The notes below the pieces were generated by a model that made no database searches, had not been told where the DNA came from, and saw only the letters and a list, made by a program, of their open reading frames with translations. The translations under genes and the position numbers were made by a program. Of a stretch of DNA of 64,000 nt, positions 26,955-40,102 are shown one piece after another (the first letter of the stretch is position 1; every line of letters begins with the position of its first letter). The stretch comes from Eledone cirrhosa (Eukaryota), in NCBI GenBank assembly GCA_964016885.1, contig CAXHJY010000096.1, positions 1,488,001-1,552,000 of the forward strand, read 5' to 3'.

Positions 26955-29900
26955 AGCCCTCCAAGGGGCTATAATTTCCAGCGTCCAAGGGGAGATAATT
27001 TCCAGCCAGCGAAGGGGAGATAATTTTTTTAAAAAAATCATTGGGAGATTTGTAAAAAAAATCAGGGGGAGATAATTTGTAAAAAAAATCAAGGGGAGAT
27101 AATTTCCAGCCGTCCAAGGGGAGGTAATATCTAGCCGTCCAAGGGGAGATAATTTCCAGCCGTCCAAGGGGAGATAATTTCCAGCCGTCCAAGGGTAGAT
27201 AATATCCAGCCGTCCAAGGACATATTTTCCAGCCGTCCAAGGAGAGGTAATTTCTAGCCGTCCAAGGGGAGATAAATTCCAGCCTCCAAGGTGAGATAAT
27301 TTCCAGCCAGCCAAGGGGAGATAATTTGTAAAAAAATCAGGGGGAGATAATTTGTAAAAAAAATCAGGGGGAGATAATTTGTAAAAAAAAATCAGGGGGA
27401 GATAATTTGTAAAAAAAAATCAGGGGGAGATAATTTGTAAAAAAAAATCAGGGGGAGATAATTTGTAAAAAAATCAAGGGGAGATAATTTCCAGCCGTCC
27501 AAGGGGAGATAATTTTCAGCCGTCCAAGGGGAGATAATTTCCCGCCAGCCAAGGGAAGATAATATTTGAAAAAATCAGGCGGAGATAATTTGTAAAAAAA
27601 ATCAGGGGGAGATAATTTGTAAAAAAATCAGGGGGAGATAATTTGTAAAAAAAAAATCAGGGGGAGATAATTTGTAAAAAGAATCAGGGGGAGATAATTT
27701 GTAAAAAAAAATCAGGGGTAGATAAATTGTAAAAAAAAATCAGGGGGAGATAATTTGTAAAAAAAATCAGGGGGAGATAATTTGTAAAAAAAATGAAAGG
27801 GGAGATAATATCCAGCCGTCCAAGGGGAGATAATTTCCAGCCGTCCAAGGGGAGATAATTTCCAGCCGTCCAAGGGGAGATAATTTCCATCCTTCCAAGG
27901 GGATATAATTTCCAGCCGTCCAAGGGGAGATAATTTCCCGCCAGCCAAGGGAAGATAATTTTTAAAAAAATCAGGCGGAGATTGTAAAAAAAATCAGGGG
28001 GGAGATAATTTGTAAAAAAATCAGGGGGAGATAATTTGTAAAAAAAATCAGGGGGAGATAATTTGTAAAAAATAATCAGGGGGAGATAATTTGTAAAAAA
28101 AAATCAAGGGGAGATAATTTCCAGCCGTCCAAGGGGAGATAATTTCCCGCCAGCCAAGGGAAGATAATATTTAAAAAAATTAGGCGGAGATAATTTGTAA
28201 AAAAAATCAGGGGGAGATAATTTGTAAAAAAATCAGGGGGAGATAATTTGTAAAAAAAATCAGGGGGAGATAATTTGTAAAAAAATTCATGGGGAGATAA
28301 TTTGTAAAAAAAAATCAGGGGTAGATAATTTGTAAAAAATAATCAGGGGGAGATAATTTGTAAAAAAAAATCAGGGGGAGATAATTTGTAAAAAAAATCA
28401 AGGGGAGATAATTTCCAGCCGTCCAAGGGGAGATAATTTTCAGCCGTCCAAGGAGAGGTAATTTCTAGCCGTCCAAGGGGAGATAATTTCCAGCCGTCCA
28501 AGGGGAGGTAATTTCCAGCCGTCCAAGGGTAGATAATTTAAAAAAAAAAATCAGGCGGAGATAATTTGTAAAAAAAATCAAGGGGAGATAATTTGCAGCC
28601 GTCCAAGGGGAGATAATTTTCAGTCGTCCAAGGAGAGGTAATTTCTAGCCGTCCAAGGGGAGATAATTTCCAGCCGTCCAAGGGGAGATAATTTTTTTTA
28701 AAAAATCAGGCGGAGATAATTTGTAAAAAAAATCAGGGGGAGATAATTTGTAAACAAAATCAGGGGGAGATAATTTGTAAAAAAAAATCAGGGGGAGATA
28801 ATTTGTAAAAAAAATCATGGAGAGATAATTTCCAGCCGTCCAAGGTGAGATAATTTCCAGCCGTCCAAGGAGACATATTTTCCAGCCGTCCAAGGCGAGG
28901 TAATTTCTAGCCGTCCAAGGGGAGATAAATTCCAGCCTCCAAGGGGAGATAATTTCCAGCTAGCCAAGTGGAGATAATTTGTAAAAAAATCAGGGGGAGA
29001 TAATTTGTAAAAAATATCAGGGAGATAATTTGTAAAAAAAAATCAGGGGGAGATAATTTGTAAAAAAAAATCAGGGGTAGATAATTTGTAAAAAAAAATC
29101 AGGGGGGAGATAATTTGTAAAAAAAATCAAGGGGAGATAATTTCCAGCCGTCCAAGGGAAGATAATTTCCAGCCCTCCAAGGGGCTATAATTTCCAGCGT
29201 CCAAGGGGAGATAATTTCCAGCCAGCGAAGGGGAGATAATTTTTTAAAAAAAATCATTGGGAGATTTGTAAAAAAAATCAGGGGGAGATAATTTGTAAAA
29301 AAAATCAAGGGGAGATAATTTCCAGCCGTCCAAGGGGAGGTAATATCTAGCCGTCCAAGGGTAGATAATTTCCAGCCGTCCAACGGGAGATAATTTCCAG
29401 CCGTCCAAGGGTAGATAATATCCAGCCGCCCAAGGACATATTTTCCAGCCGTCCAAGGAGAGGTAATTTCTAGCCGTCCAAGGGGAGATAATTTCCAGCC
29501 GTCCAAGGGTAGATAATATCCAGCCGTCCAAGGACATATTTTCCAGCCGTCCAAGGAGAGGTAATTTCTAGCCGTCCAAGGGGAGATAAATTCCAGCCTC
29601 CAAGGGGAGATAATTTCCAGCCAGCCAAGGGGAGATAATTTGTAAAAAAATCAGGGGGAGATAATTTGTAAAAAAAATCAGGGGGAGATAATTTGTAAAA
29701 AAAAATCAGGGGGAGATAATTTGTAAAAAAAAATCAGGGGGAGATAATTTGCAAAAAAAATCAGGGGGAGATAATTTGTAAAAAAAAATCAGGGGTAGAT
29801 AATTTGTAAAAAAAAATCAGGGGGAGATAATTTGTAAAAAAAAATCAGGGGGAGATAATTTGTAAAAAAAATCAAGGGGAGATAATTTCCAGCCGTCCAA

Positions 29901-30240
29901 GGAGAGATAATTTAAAAAAAAATCAGGCGGAGATAATTTGTAAAAAAAAATCAGGGGGAGATAATTTGTAAAAAAAAATCAGGGGGAGATAATTTGTAAA
30001 AAAAAATCAGGGGGAGATAATTTGTAAAAAAAATCAGGAGGAGATAATTTGTAAAAAAAATCAAGGGGAGATAATTTCCAGCAGTCCAAGGAGAGATAAT
30101 TTAAAAAAAAATCAGGCGGAGATAATTTGTAAAAAAAAATCAGGGGGAGATAATTTGTAAAAAAAAATCAGGGGGAGATAATTTGTAAAAAAAATCAAGG
30201 GGAGATAATTTCCAGCCGTCCAAGGGGAGATAATTTTCAG
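26955..30240 (+). repeat. Dispersed duplicate of about 37930-41215 (offset 10976/10977)
   Basis: ORF offsets 27684/38660 and 29099/40075. Shared private variants GCTAGC (28959/39935), TATTTGAAAA, AAAAAGAATC and TTCATGGGG. Confidence 0.88.
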
Positions 30241-30429
30241 CCGTCCAAGGGGAGATAATTTCCCGCCAGCCAAGGGAAGATAATATTCAAAAAAATCAGA
30301 CGGAGATAATTTGTAAAAAAAATCAGGGGGAGATAATTTGTAAAAAAATCAGGGGGAGATAATTTGTAAAAAAAAAAATCAGGGGGAGATAATTTTAAAA
30401 AAAAATCAGGGGGAGATAATTTGTAAAAA

Positions 30430-33400
30430 AAAATCAGGGGTAGATAATTTGTAAAAAATAATCAGGGGGAGATAATTTGTAAAAAAAATCAAGGGGAGAT
30501 AATTTCCAGCCGTCCAAGGGGAGATAATTTTCAGCCGTCCAAGGGGAGATAATTTCCCGCCAGCCAAGGGAAGATAATATTTAAAAAAATTAGGCGGAGA
30601 TAATTTGTAAAAAAAATCAGGGGGAGATAATTTGTAAAAAAATCAGGGGGAGATAATTTGTAAAAAAAATCAGGGGGAGATAATTTGTAAAAAAAATCAG
30701 GGGGAGATAATTTGTAAAAAAAAATCAGGGGGAGATAATTTGTAAAAAAAATCAAGGGGAGATAATTTCCAGCCGTCCAAGGGAAGATAATTTCCAGCCC
30801 TCCAAGGGGCTATAATTTCCAGCGTCCAAGGGGAGATAATTTCCAGCCAGCGAAGGGGAGATAATTTTTTTTAAAAAATCATTGGGAGATTTGTAAAAAA
30901 AATCAGGGGGAGATAATTTGTAAAAAAAATCAAGGGGAGATAATTTCCAGCCGTCCAAGGGGAGGTAATATCTAGCCGTCCAAGGGGAGATAATTTCCAG
31001 CCGTCCAAGGGGAGATAATTTCCAGCCGTCCAAGGGTAGATAATATCCAGCCGTCCAAGGACATATTTTCCAGCCGTCCAAGGAGAGGTAATTTCTAGCC
31101 GTCCAAGGGGAGATAAATTCCAGCCTCCAAGGTGAGATAATTTCCAGCCAGCCAAGGGGAGATAATTTGTAAAAAAATCAGGGGGAGATAATTTGTAAAA
31201 AAAATCAGGGGGAGATAATTTGTAAAAAAAAATCAGGGGGAGATAATTTGTAAAAAAAATCAGGGGGAGATAATTTGTAAAAAAAAATCAGGGGGAGATA
31301 ATTTGTAAAAGAAATCAAGGGGAGATAATTTCCAGCCGTCCAAGGGGAGATAATTTCCCGCCAGCCAAGGGAAGATAATATTTAAAAAAATCAGGCGGAG
31401 ATAATTTGTAAAAAAAATCAGGGGGAGATAATTTGTAAAAAAATCAGGGGGAGATAATTTGTAAAAAAAAAATCAGGGGGAGATAATTTGTAAAAAAAAT
31501 CAGGGGGAGATAATTTGTAAAAAAAAATCAGGGGTAGATAAATTGTAAAAAAAAATCAGGGGGAGATAATTTGTAAAAAAAATCAGGGGGAGATAATTTG
31601 TAAAAAAAATGAAAGGGGAGATAATATCCAGCCGTCCAAGGGGAGATAATTTCCAGCCGTCCAAGGGGAGATAATTTCCAGCCGTCCAAGGGGAGATAAT
31701 TTCCATCCTTCCAAGGGGATATAATTTCCAGCCGTCCAAGGGGAGATAATTTCCCGCCAGCCAAGGGAAGATAATTTTTAAAAAAATCAGGCGGAGATTG
31801 TAAAAAAAATCAGGGGGGAGATAATTTGTAAAAAAATCAGGGGGAGATAATTTGTAAAAAAAAATCAGGGGGAGATAATTTGTAAAAAATAATCAGGGGG
31901 AGATAATTTGTAAAAAAAAATCAAGGGGAGATAATTTCCAGCCGTCCAAGGGGAGGTAATATCTAGCCGTCCAAGGGGAGATAATTTCCAGCCGTCCAAC
32001 GGGAGATAATTTCCAGCCGTCCATGGGTAGATAATATCCAGCCGCCCAAGGACATATTTTCCAGCCGTCCAAGGAGAGGTAATTTCTAGCCGTCCAAGGG
32101 GAGATAATTACAGCCGTCCAAGGGTAGATAATATCCAGCCGTCCAAGGACATATTTTCCAGCCGTCCAAGGAGAGGTAATTTCTAGCCGTCCAAGGGGAG
32201 ATAAATTCCAGCCTCCAAGGGGAGATAATTTCCAGCCAGCCAAGGGGAGATAATTTGTAAAAAAATCAGGGGGAGATAATTTGTAAAAAAAATCAGGGGG
32301 AGATAATTTGTAAAAAAAAATCAGGGGGAGATAATTTGTAAAAAAAAATCAGGGGGAGATAATTTGCAAAAAAAATCAGGGGGAGATAATTTGTAAAAAA
32401 AAATCAGGGGTAGATAATTTGTAAAAAAAAATCAGGGGGAGATAATTTGTAAAAAAAAATCAGGGGGAGATAATTTGTAAAAAAAATCAAGGGGAGATAA
32501 TTTCCAGCCGTCCAAGGGAAGATAATTTCCAGCCCTCCAAGGGGCTATAATTTCCAGCGTCCAAGGGGAGATAATTTCCAGCCAGCGAAGGGGAGATAAT
32601 TTTTTTTAAAAAATCATTGGGAGATTTGTAAAAAAAATCAGGGGGAGATAATTTGTAAAAAAAATCAAGGGGAGATAATTTCCAGCCGTCCAAGGGGAGG
32701 TAATATCTAGCCGTCCAAGGGGAGATAATTTCCAGCCGTCCAACGGGAGATAATTTCCAGCCGTCCATGGGTAGATAATATCCAGCCGCCCAAGGACATA
32801 TTTTCCAGCCGTCCAAGGAGAGGTAATTTCTAGCCGTCCAAGGGGAGATAATTTCCAGCCGTCCAAGGGTAGATAATATCCAGCCGTCCAAGGACATATT
32901 TTCCAGCCGTCCAAGGAGAGGTAATTTCTAGCCGTCCAAGGGGAGATAAATTCCAGCCTCCAAGGGGAGATAATTTCCAGCCAGCCAAGGGGAGATAATT
33001 TGTAAAAAAATCAGGGGGAGATAATTTGTAAAAAAAATCAGGGGGAGATAATTTGTAAAAAAAAATCAGGGGGAGATAATTTGTAAAAAAAAATCAGGGG
33101 GAGAAAATTTGCAAAAAAAATCAGGGAGAGATAATTTGTAAAAAAAAATCAGGGGTAGATAATTTGTAAAAAAAAATCAGGGGGAGATAATTTGTAAAAA
33201 AAAATCAGGGGGAGATAATTTGTAAAAAAAATCAAGGGGAGATAATTTCCAGCCGTCCAAGGAGAGATAATTTTAAAAAAAATCAGGCGGAGATAATTTG
33301 TAAAAAAAATCAGGGGGAGATAATTTGTAAAAAAAATCAGGGGGAGATAATTTGTAAAAAAAAATCAGGGGTAGATAATTTGTAAAAAAAAATCAGGGGG

Positions 33401-34300
33401 AGATAATTTGTAAAAAAAAATCAGGGGGAGATAATTTGTAAAAAAAATCAAGGGGAGATAATTTCCAGCCGTCCAAGGAGAGATAATTTAAAAAAAAATC
33501 AGGGGGAGATAATTTGTAAAAAAAATCAAGGGGAGATAATTTCCAGCCGTCCAAGGGGAGATAATTTTCAGCCGTCCAAGGGGAGATAATTTCCCGCCAG
33601 CCAAGGGAAGATAATATTCAAAAAAATCAGGCGGAGATAATTTGTAAAAAAAATCAGGGGGAGATAATTTGTAAAAAAATCAGGGGGAGATAATTTGTAA
33701 AAAAAAAATCAGGGGGAGATAATTTGTAAAAAAAATCAGGGGGAGATAATTTGTAAAAAAAAATCAGGGGTAGATAATTTGTAAAAAAAAATCAGGGGGA
33801 GATAATTTGTAAAAAAAAATCAGGGGGAGATAATTTGTAAAAAAAATGAAAGGGGAGATAATATCCAGCCGTCCAAGGGGAGATAATTTCCAGCCGTCCA
33901 AGGGGAGATAATTTCCAGCCGTCCAAGGGGAGATAATTTCCATCCTTCCAAGGGGATATAATTTCCAGCCGTCCAAGGGGAGATAATTTCCATCCTTCCA
34001 AGGGGATATAATTTCCAGCCGTCCAAGGGGAGATAATTTTCAGCCGTCCAAGGAGAGGTAATTTCTAGCCGTCCAAGGAGAGATAATTTCCAGCCGTCCA
34101 AGGGGAGATAATTTCCAGCCGTCCAAGGGGAGATAATTTCCAGCCGTCCAAGGAGACATATTTTCCAGCCGTCCAAGGAGAGGTAATTCCTAGCCGTCCA
34201 AGGGGAGATAAATTCCAGCCTCCAAGGGGAGATAATTTCCAGCCAGCCAAGGGGAGATAATTTGTAAAAAAAATCAGGGGGAGATAATTTGTAAAAAAAA
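30430..34300 (+). repeat. Dispersed duplicate of about 19385-23200 (offset 11046, then 11122)
   Basis: ORF offsets 19485/30531, 20847/31893, 21441/32487 and 22642/33764. Shared private variants ATTACAGCC, TCCATGGGTAG and GAGAAAATTTGC. Confidence 0.88.
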
Positions 34301-35384
34301 TCAGGGGGAGATAATTTGTAAAGAAATCAGGGGGAGATAATTTGTAAAAAAAATCAGGGGGAGATAATTTGTAAAAAAAATCAGGGGGAGATAATTTGTA
34401 AAAAAAAATCAGGGGGAGATAATTTGTAAAAAAAATCAAGGGGAGATAATTTCCAGCCGTCCAAGGGGAGGTAATATCTAGCCGTCCAAGGGGTGATAAT
34501 TTCCAGCCGTCCAAGGGGAGATAATTTCCAGCCGTCCAAGGGTAGATAATATCCAGCCGTCCAAGGACATATTTTCCAGCCGTCCAAGGAGAGGTAATTT
34601 CTAGCCGTCCAAGGGGAGATAAATTCCAGCCTCCAAGGTGAGATAATTTCCAGCCAGCCAAGGAGAGATAATTTGTAAAAAAATCAGGGGGAGATAATTT
34701 GTAAAAAAAATCAGGGGGAGATAATTTGTAAAAAAAAATCAGGGGGAGATAATTTGTAAAAAAAATCAAGGGGAGATAATTTCCAGCCGTCCAAGGGGAG
34801 ATAATTTTCAGCCGTCCAAGGGGAGATAATTTCCCGCCAGCCAAGGGAAGATAATATTTAAAAAAATCAGGCGGAGATAATTTGTAAAAAAAATCAGGGG
34901 GAGATAATTTGTAAAAAAATCAGGGGGAGATAATTTGTAAAAAAAAAATCAGGGGGAGATAATTTGTAAAAAAAATCAGGGGGAGATAATTTGTAAAAAA
35001 AAATCAGGGGTAGATGAATTGTAAAAAAAAATCAGGGGGAGATAATTTGTAAAAAAAATCAGGGGGAGATAATTTGTAAAAAAAATGAAAGGGGAGATAA
35101 TATCCAGCCGTCCAAGGGGAGATAATTTCCAGCCGTCCAAGGGGAGATAATTTCCAGCCGTCCAAGGGGAGATAATTTCCATCCTTCCAAGGGGATATAA
35201 TTTCCAGCCGTCCAAGGGGAGATAATTTCCCGCCAGCCAAGGGAAGATAATATTTAAAAAAATTAGGCGGAGATAATTTGTAAAAAAAATCAGGGGGAGA
35301 TAATTTGTAAAAAATCAGGGGGAGATAATTTGTAAAAAAAATCAGGGGGAGATAATTTGTAAAAAAAATCATGGGGAGATAATT

Positions 35385-36398
35385 TGTAAAAAAAAATCAG
35401 GGGTAGATAATTTGTAAAAAAAAATCAGGGGGAGATAATTTGTAAAAAAAAATCAGGGGGAGATAATTTGTAAAAAAAATCAAGGGGAGATAATTTCCAG
35501 CCGTCCAAGGGGAGATAATTTTCAGCCGTCCAAGGAGAGGTAATTTCTAGCCGTCCAAGGGGAGATAATTTCCAGCCGTCCAAGGGGAGGTAATTTCCAG
35601 CCGTCCAAGGGGAGATAATTTTAAAAAAAAAATCAGGCGGAGATAATTTGTAAAAAAAATCAAGGGGAGATAATTTGCAGCCGTCCAAGGGGAGATAATT
35701 TTCAGTCGTCCAAGGAGAGGTAATTTCTAGCCGTCCAAGGGGAGATAATTGCCAGCCGTCCAAGGGGAGATAATTTCCAGCCGTCCAAGGGGAGATAATT
35801 TTTTTTAAAAAATCAGGCGGAGATAATTTGTAAAAAAAATCAGGGGGAGATAATTTGTAAACAAAATCAGGGGGAGATAATTTGTAAAAAAAAATCAGGG
35901 GTAGATAATTTGTAAAAAAAAATCAGGGGGAGATAATTTGTAAAAAAAAATCAGGGGGAGATAATTTGTAAAAAAAATCAAGGGGAGATAATTTCCAGCC
36001 GTCCAAGGGGAGATAATTTTCAGCCGTCCAAGGAGAGGTAATTTCTAGCCGTCCAAGGGGAGATAATTTCCAGCCGTCCAAGGGGAGGTAATTTCCAGCC
36101 GTCCAAGGGGAGATAATTTAAAAAAAAAAATCAGGCGGAGATAATTTGTAAAAAAAATCAAGGGGAGATAATTTGCAGCCGTCCAAGGGGAGATAATTTT
36201 CAGTCGTCCAAGGAGAGGTAATTTCTAGCCGTCCAAGGGGAGATAATTGCCAGCCGTCCAAGGGGAGATAATTTCCAGCCGTCCAAGGGGAGATAATTTT
36301 TTTTAAAAAATCAGGCGGAGATAATTTGTAAAAAAAATCAGGGGGAGATAATTTGTAAACAAAATCAGGGGGAGATAATTTGTAAAAAAAAATCAGGG
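35385..36398 (+). repeat. Tandem duplication of a 498-bp module
   Basis: GGGGT variant (T at 35404/35902) and AAACAAAA variant (C at 35862/36360). TTTGCAG, CAGTCGTCC and ATTGCCAG occur in the same order in both copies. Confidence 0.85.
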
Positions 36399-39300
36399 GG
36401 AGATAATTTGTAAAAAAAATCATGGAGAGATAATTTCCAGCCGTCCAAGGGGAGATAATTTCCAGCCTTCCAAGGAGACATATTTTCCAGCCGTCCAAGG
36501 CGAGGTAATTTCTAGCCGTCCAAGGGGAGATAAATTCCAGCCTCCAAGGGGAGATAATTTCCAGCCAGCCAAGTGGAGATAATTTGTAAAAAAATCAGGG
36601 GGAGATAATTTGTAAAAAATATCAGGGAGATAATTTGTAAAAAAAAATCAGGGGGAGATAATTTGTAAAAAAAATCAGGGGGAGATAATTTGTAAAAAAA
36701 AATCAGGGGGAGATAATTTGTAAAAAAAATCAAGGGGAGATAATTTCCAGCCGTCCAAGGGGAGATAATTTTCAGCCGTCCAAGGGGAGATAATTTCCCG
36801 CCAGCCAAGGGAAGATAATATTTAAAAAAATCAGGCGGAGATAATTTGTAAAAAAAATCAGGGGGAGATAATTTGTAAAAAAATCAGGGGGAGATAATTT
36901 GTAAAAAAAAAATCAGGGGGAGATAATTTGTAAAAAAAATCAGGGGGAGATAATTTGTAAAAAAAAATCAGGGGTAGATAATTTGTAAACAAATATCAGG
37001 GGGAGATAATTTGTAAAAAAAAATCAGGGGGAGATAATTTGTAAAAAAAATGAAAGGGGAGATAATATCCAGCCGTCCAAGGGGAGATAATTTCCAGCCG
37101 TCCAAGGGGATATAATTTCCAGCCGTCCAAGGGGAGATAATTTCCATCCTTCCAAGGGGATATAATTTCCAGCCGTCCAAGGGGAGATAATTTCCCGCCA
37201 GCCAAGGGAAGATAATTTTTAAAAAAATCAGGCGGAGATTGTAAAAAAAATCAGGGGGGAGATAATTTGTAAAAAAATCAGGGGGAGATAATTTGTAAAA
37301 AATAATCAGGGGGAGATAATTTGTAAAAAAATTCAAGGGGAGATAATTTCCAGCCGTCCAAGGGGAGATAATTTCCCGCCAGCCAAGGGAAGATAATATT
37401 TAAAAAAATCAGGCGGAGATTGTAAAAAAAATCAGGGGGGAGATAATTTGTAAAAAAATCAGGGGGAGATAATTTGTAAAAAAAATCAGGGGGAGATAAT
37501 TTGTAAAAAAATCAGGGGGAGATAATTTGTAAAAAAAATCAGGGGGAGATAATTTGTAAAAAAAATCATGGGGAGATAATTTGTAAAAAGAAATCAGGGG
37601 TAGATAATTTGTAAAAAAAAATCAGGGGGAGATAATTTGTAAAAAAAAATCAGGGGGAGATAATTTGTAAAAAAAATCAAGGGGAGATAATATCCAGCCG
37701 TCCAAGGAGAGATAATTTAAAAAAAAAATGAGGCGGAGATAATTTGTAAAAAAAAAATCAGGGGGAGTTAATTTGTAAAAAAAAATGAGGGGGAGATAAT
37801 TTGTAAAAAAAATCAAGGGGAGATAATTTCCAGCCGTCCAAGGGGAGATAATTTTCAGCCGTCCAAGGAGAGGTAATTTCTAGCCGTCCAAGGGGAGATA
37901 ATTTCCAGCCGTCCAAGGGGAGGTAATTTCCAGCCCTCCAAGGGGCTATAATTTCCAGCGTCCAAGGGGAGATAATTTCCAGCCAGCGAAGGGGAGATAA
38001 TTTTTTTTAAAAAATCATTGGGAGATTTGTAAAAAAAATCAGGGGGAGATAATTTGTAAAAAAAATCAAGGGGAGATAATTTCCAGCCGTCCAAGGGGAG
38101 GTAATATCTAGCCGTCCAAGGGGAGATAATTTCCAGCCGTCCAAGGGGAGATAATTTCCAGCCGTCCAAGGGTAGATAATATCCAGCCGTCCAAGGACAT
38201 ATTTTCCAGCCGTCCAAGGAGAGGTAATTTCTAGCCGTCCAAGGGGAGATAAATTCCAGCCTCCAAGGTGAGATAATTTCCAGCCAGCCAAGGGGAGATA
38301 ATTTGTAAAAAAATCAGGGGTGATAATTTGTAAAAAAAATCAGGGGGAGATAATTTGTAAAAAAAAATCAGGGGGAGATAATTTGTAAAAAAAAATCAGG
38401 GGGAGATAATTTGTAAAAAAAAATCAGGGGGAGATAATTTGTAAAAAAATCAAGGGGAGATAATTTCCAGCCGTCCAAGGGGAGATAATTTTCAGCCGTC
38501 CAAGGGGAGATAATTTCCCGCCAGCCAAGGGAAGATAATATTTGAAAAAATCAGGCGGAGATAATTTGTAAAAAAAATCAGGGGGAGATAATTTGTAAAA
38601 AAATCAGGGGGAGATAATTTGTAAAAAAAAAATCAGGGGGAGATAATTTGTAAAAAGAATCAGGGGGAGATAATTTGTAAAAAAAAATCAGGGGTAGATA
38701 AATTGTAAAAAAAAATCAGGGGGAGATAATTTGTAAAAAAAATCAGGGGGAGATAATTTGTAAAAAAAATGAAAGGGGAGATAATATCCAGCCGTCCAAG
38801 GGGAGATAATTTCCAGCCGTCCAAGGGGAGATAATTTCCAGCCGTCCAAGGGGAGATAATTTCCATCCTTCCAAGGGGATATAATTTCCAGCCGTCCAAG
38901 GGGAGATAATTTCCCGCCAGCCAAGGGAAGATAATTTTTAAAAAAATCAGGCGGAGATTGTAAAAAAAATCAGGGGGGAGATAATTTGTAAAAAAATCAG
39001 GGGGAGATAATTTGTAAAAAAAAATCAGGGGGAGATAATTTGTAAAAAATAATCAGGGGGAGATAATTTGTAAAAAAAAATCAAGGGGAGATAATTTCCA
39101 GCCGTCCAAGGGGAGATAATTTCCCGCCAGCCAAGGGAAGATAATATTTAAAAAAATTAGGCGGAGATAATTTGTAAAAAAAATCAGGGGGAGATAATTT
39201 GTAAAAAAATCAGGGGGAGATAATTTGTAAAAAAAATCAGGGGGAGATAATTTGTAAAAAAATTCATGGGGAGATAATTTGTAAAAAAAAATCAGGGGTA

Positions 39301-40102
39301 GATAATTTGTAAAAAAAAATCAGGGGGAGATAATTTGTAAAAAAAAATCAGGGGGAGATAATTTGTAAAAAAAATCAAGGGGAGATAATTTCCAGCCGTC
39401 CAAGGGGAGATAATTTTCAGCCGTCCAAGGAGAGGTAATTTCTAGCCGTCCAAGGGGAGATAATTTCCAGCCGTCCAAGGGGAGGTAATTTCCAGCCGTC
39501 CAAGGGGAGATAATTTAAAAAAAAAAATCAGGCGGAGATAATTTGTAAAAAAAATCAAGGGGAGATAATTTGCAGCCGTCCAAGGGGAGATAATTTTCAG
39601 TCGTCCAAGGAGAGGTAATTTCTAGCCGTCCAAGGGGAGATAATTTCCAGCCGTCCAAGGGGAGATAATTTTTTTAAAAAATCAGGCGGAGATAATTTGT
39701 AAAAAAAATCAGGGGGAGATAATTTGTAAACAAAATCAGGGGGAGATAATTTGTAAAAAAAAATCAGGGGGAGATAATTTGTAAAAAAAATCATGGAGAG
39801 ATAATTTCCAGCCGTCCAAGGTGAGATAATTTCCAGCCGTCCAAGGAGACATATTTTCCAGCCGTCCAAAGCGAGGTAATTTCTAGCCGTCCAAGGGGAG
39901 ATAAATTCCAGCCTCCAAGGGGAGATAATTTCCAGCTAGCCAAGTGGAGATAATTTGTAAAAAAATCAGGGGGAGATAATTTGTAAAAAATATCAGGGAG
40001 ATAATTTGTAAAAAAAAATCAGGGGGAGATAATTTGTAAAAAAAAATCAGGGGTAGATAATTTGTAAAAAAAAATCAGGGGGGAGATAATTTGTAAAAAA
40101 AA

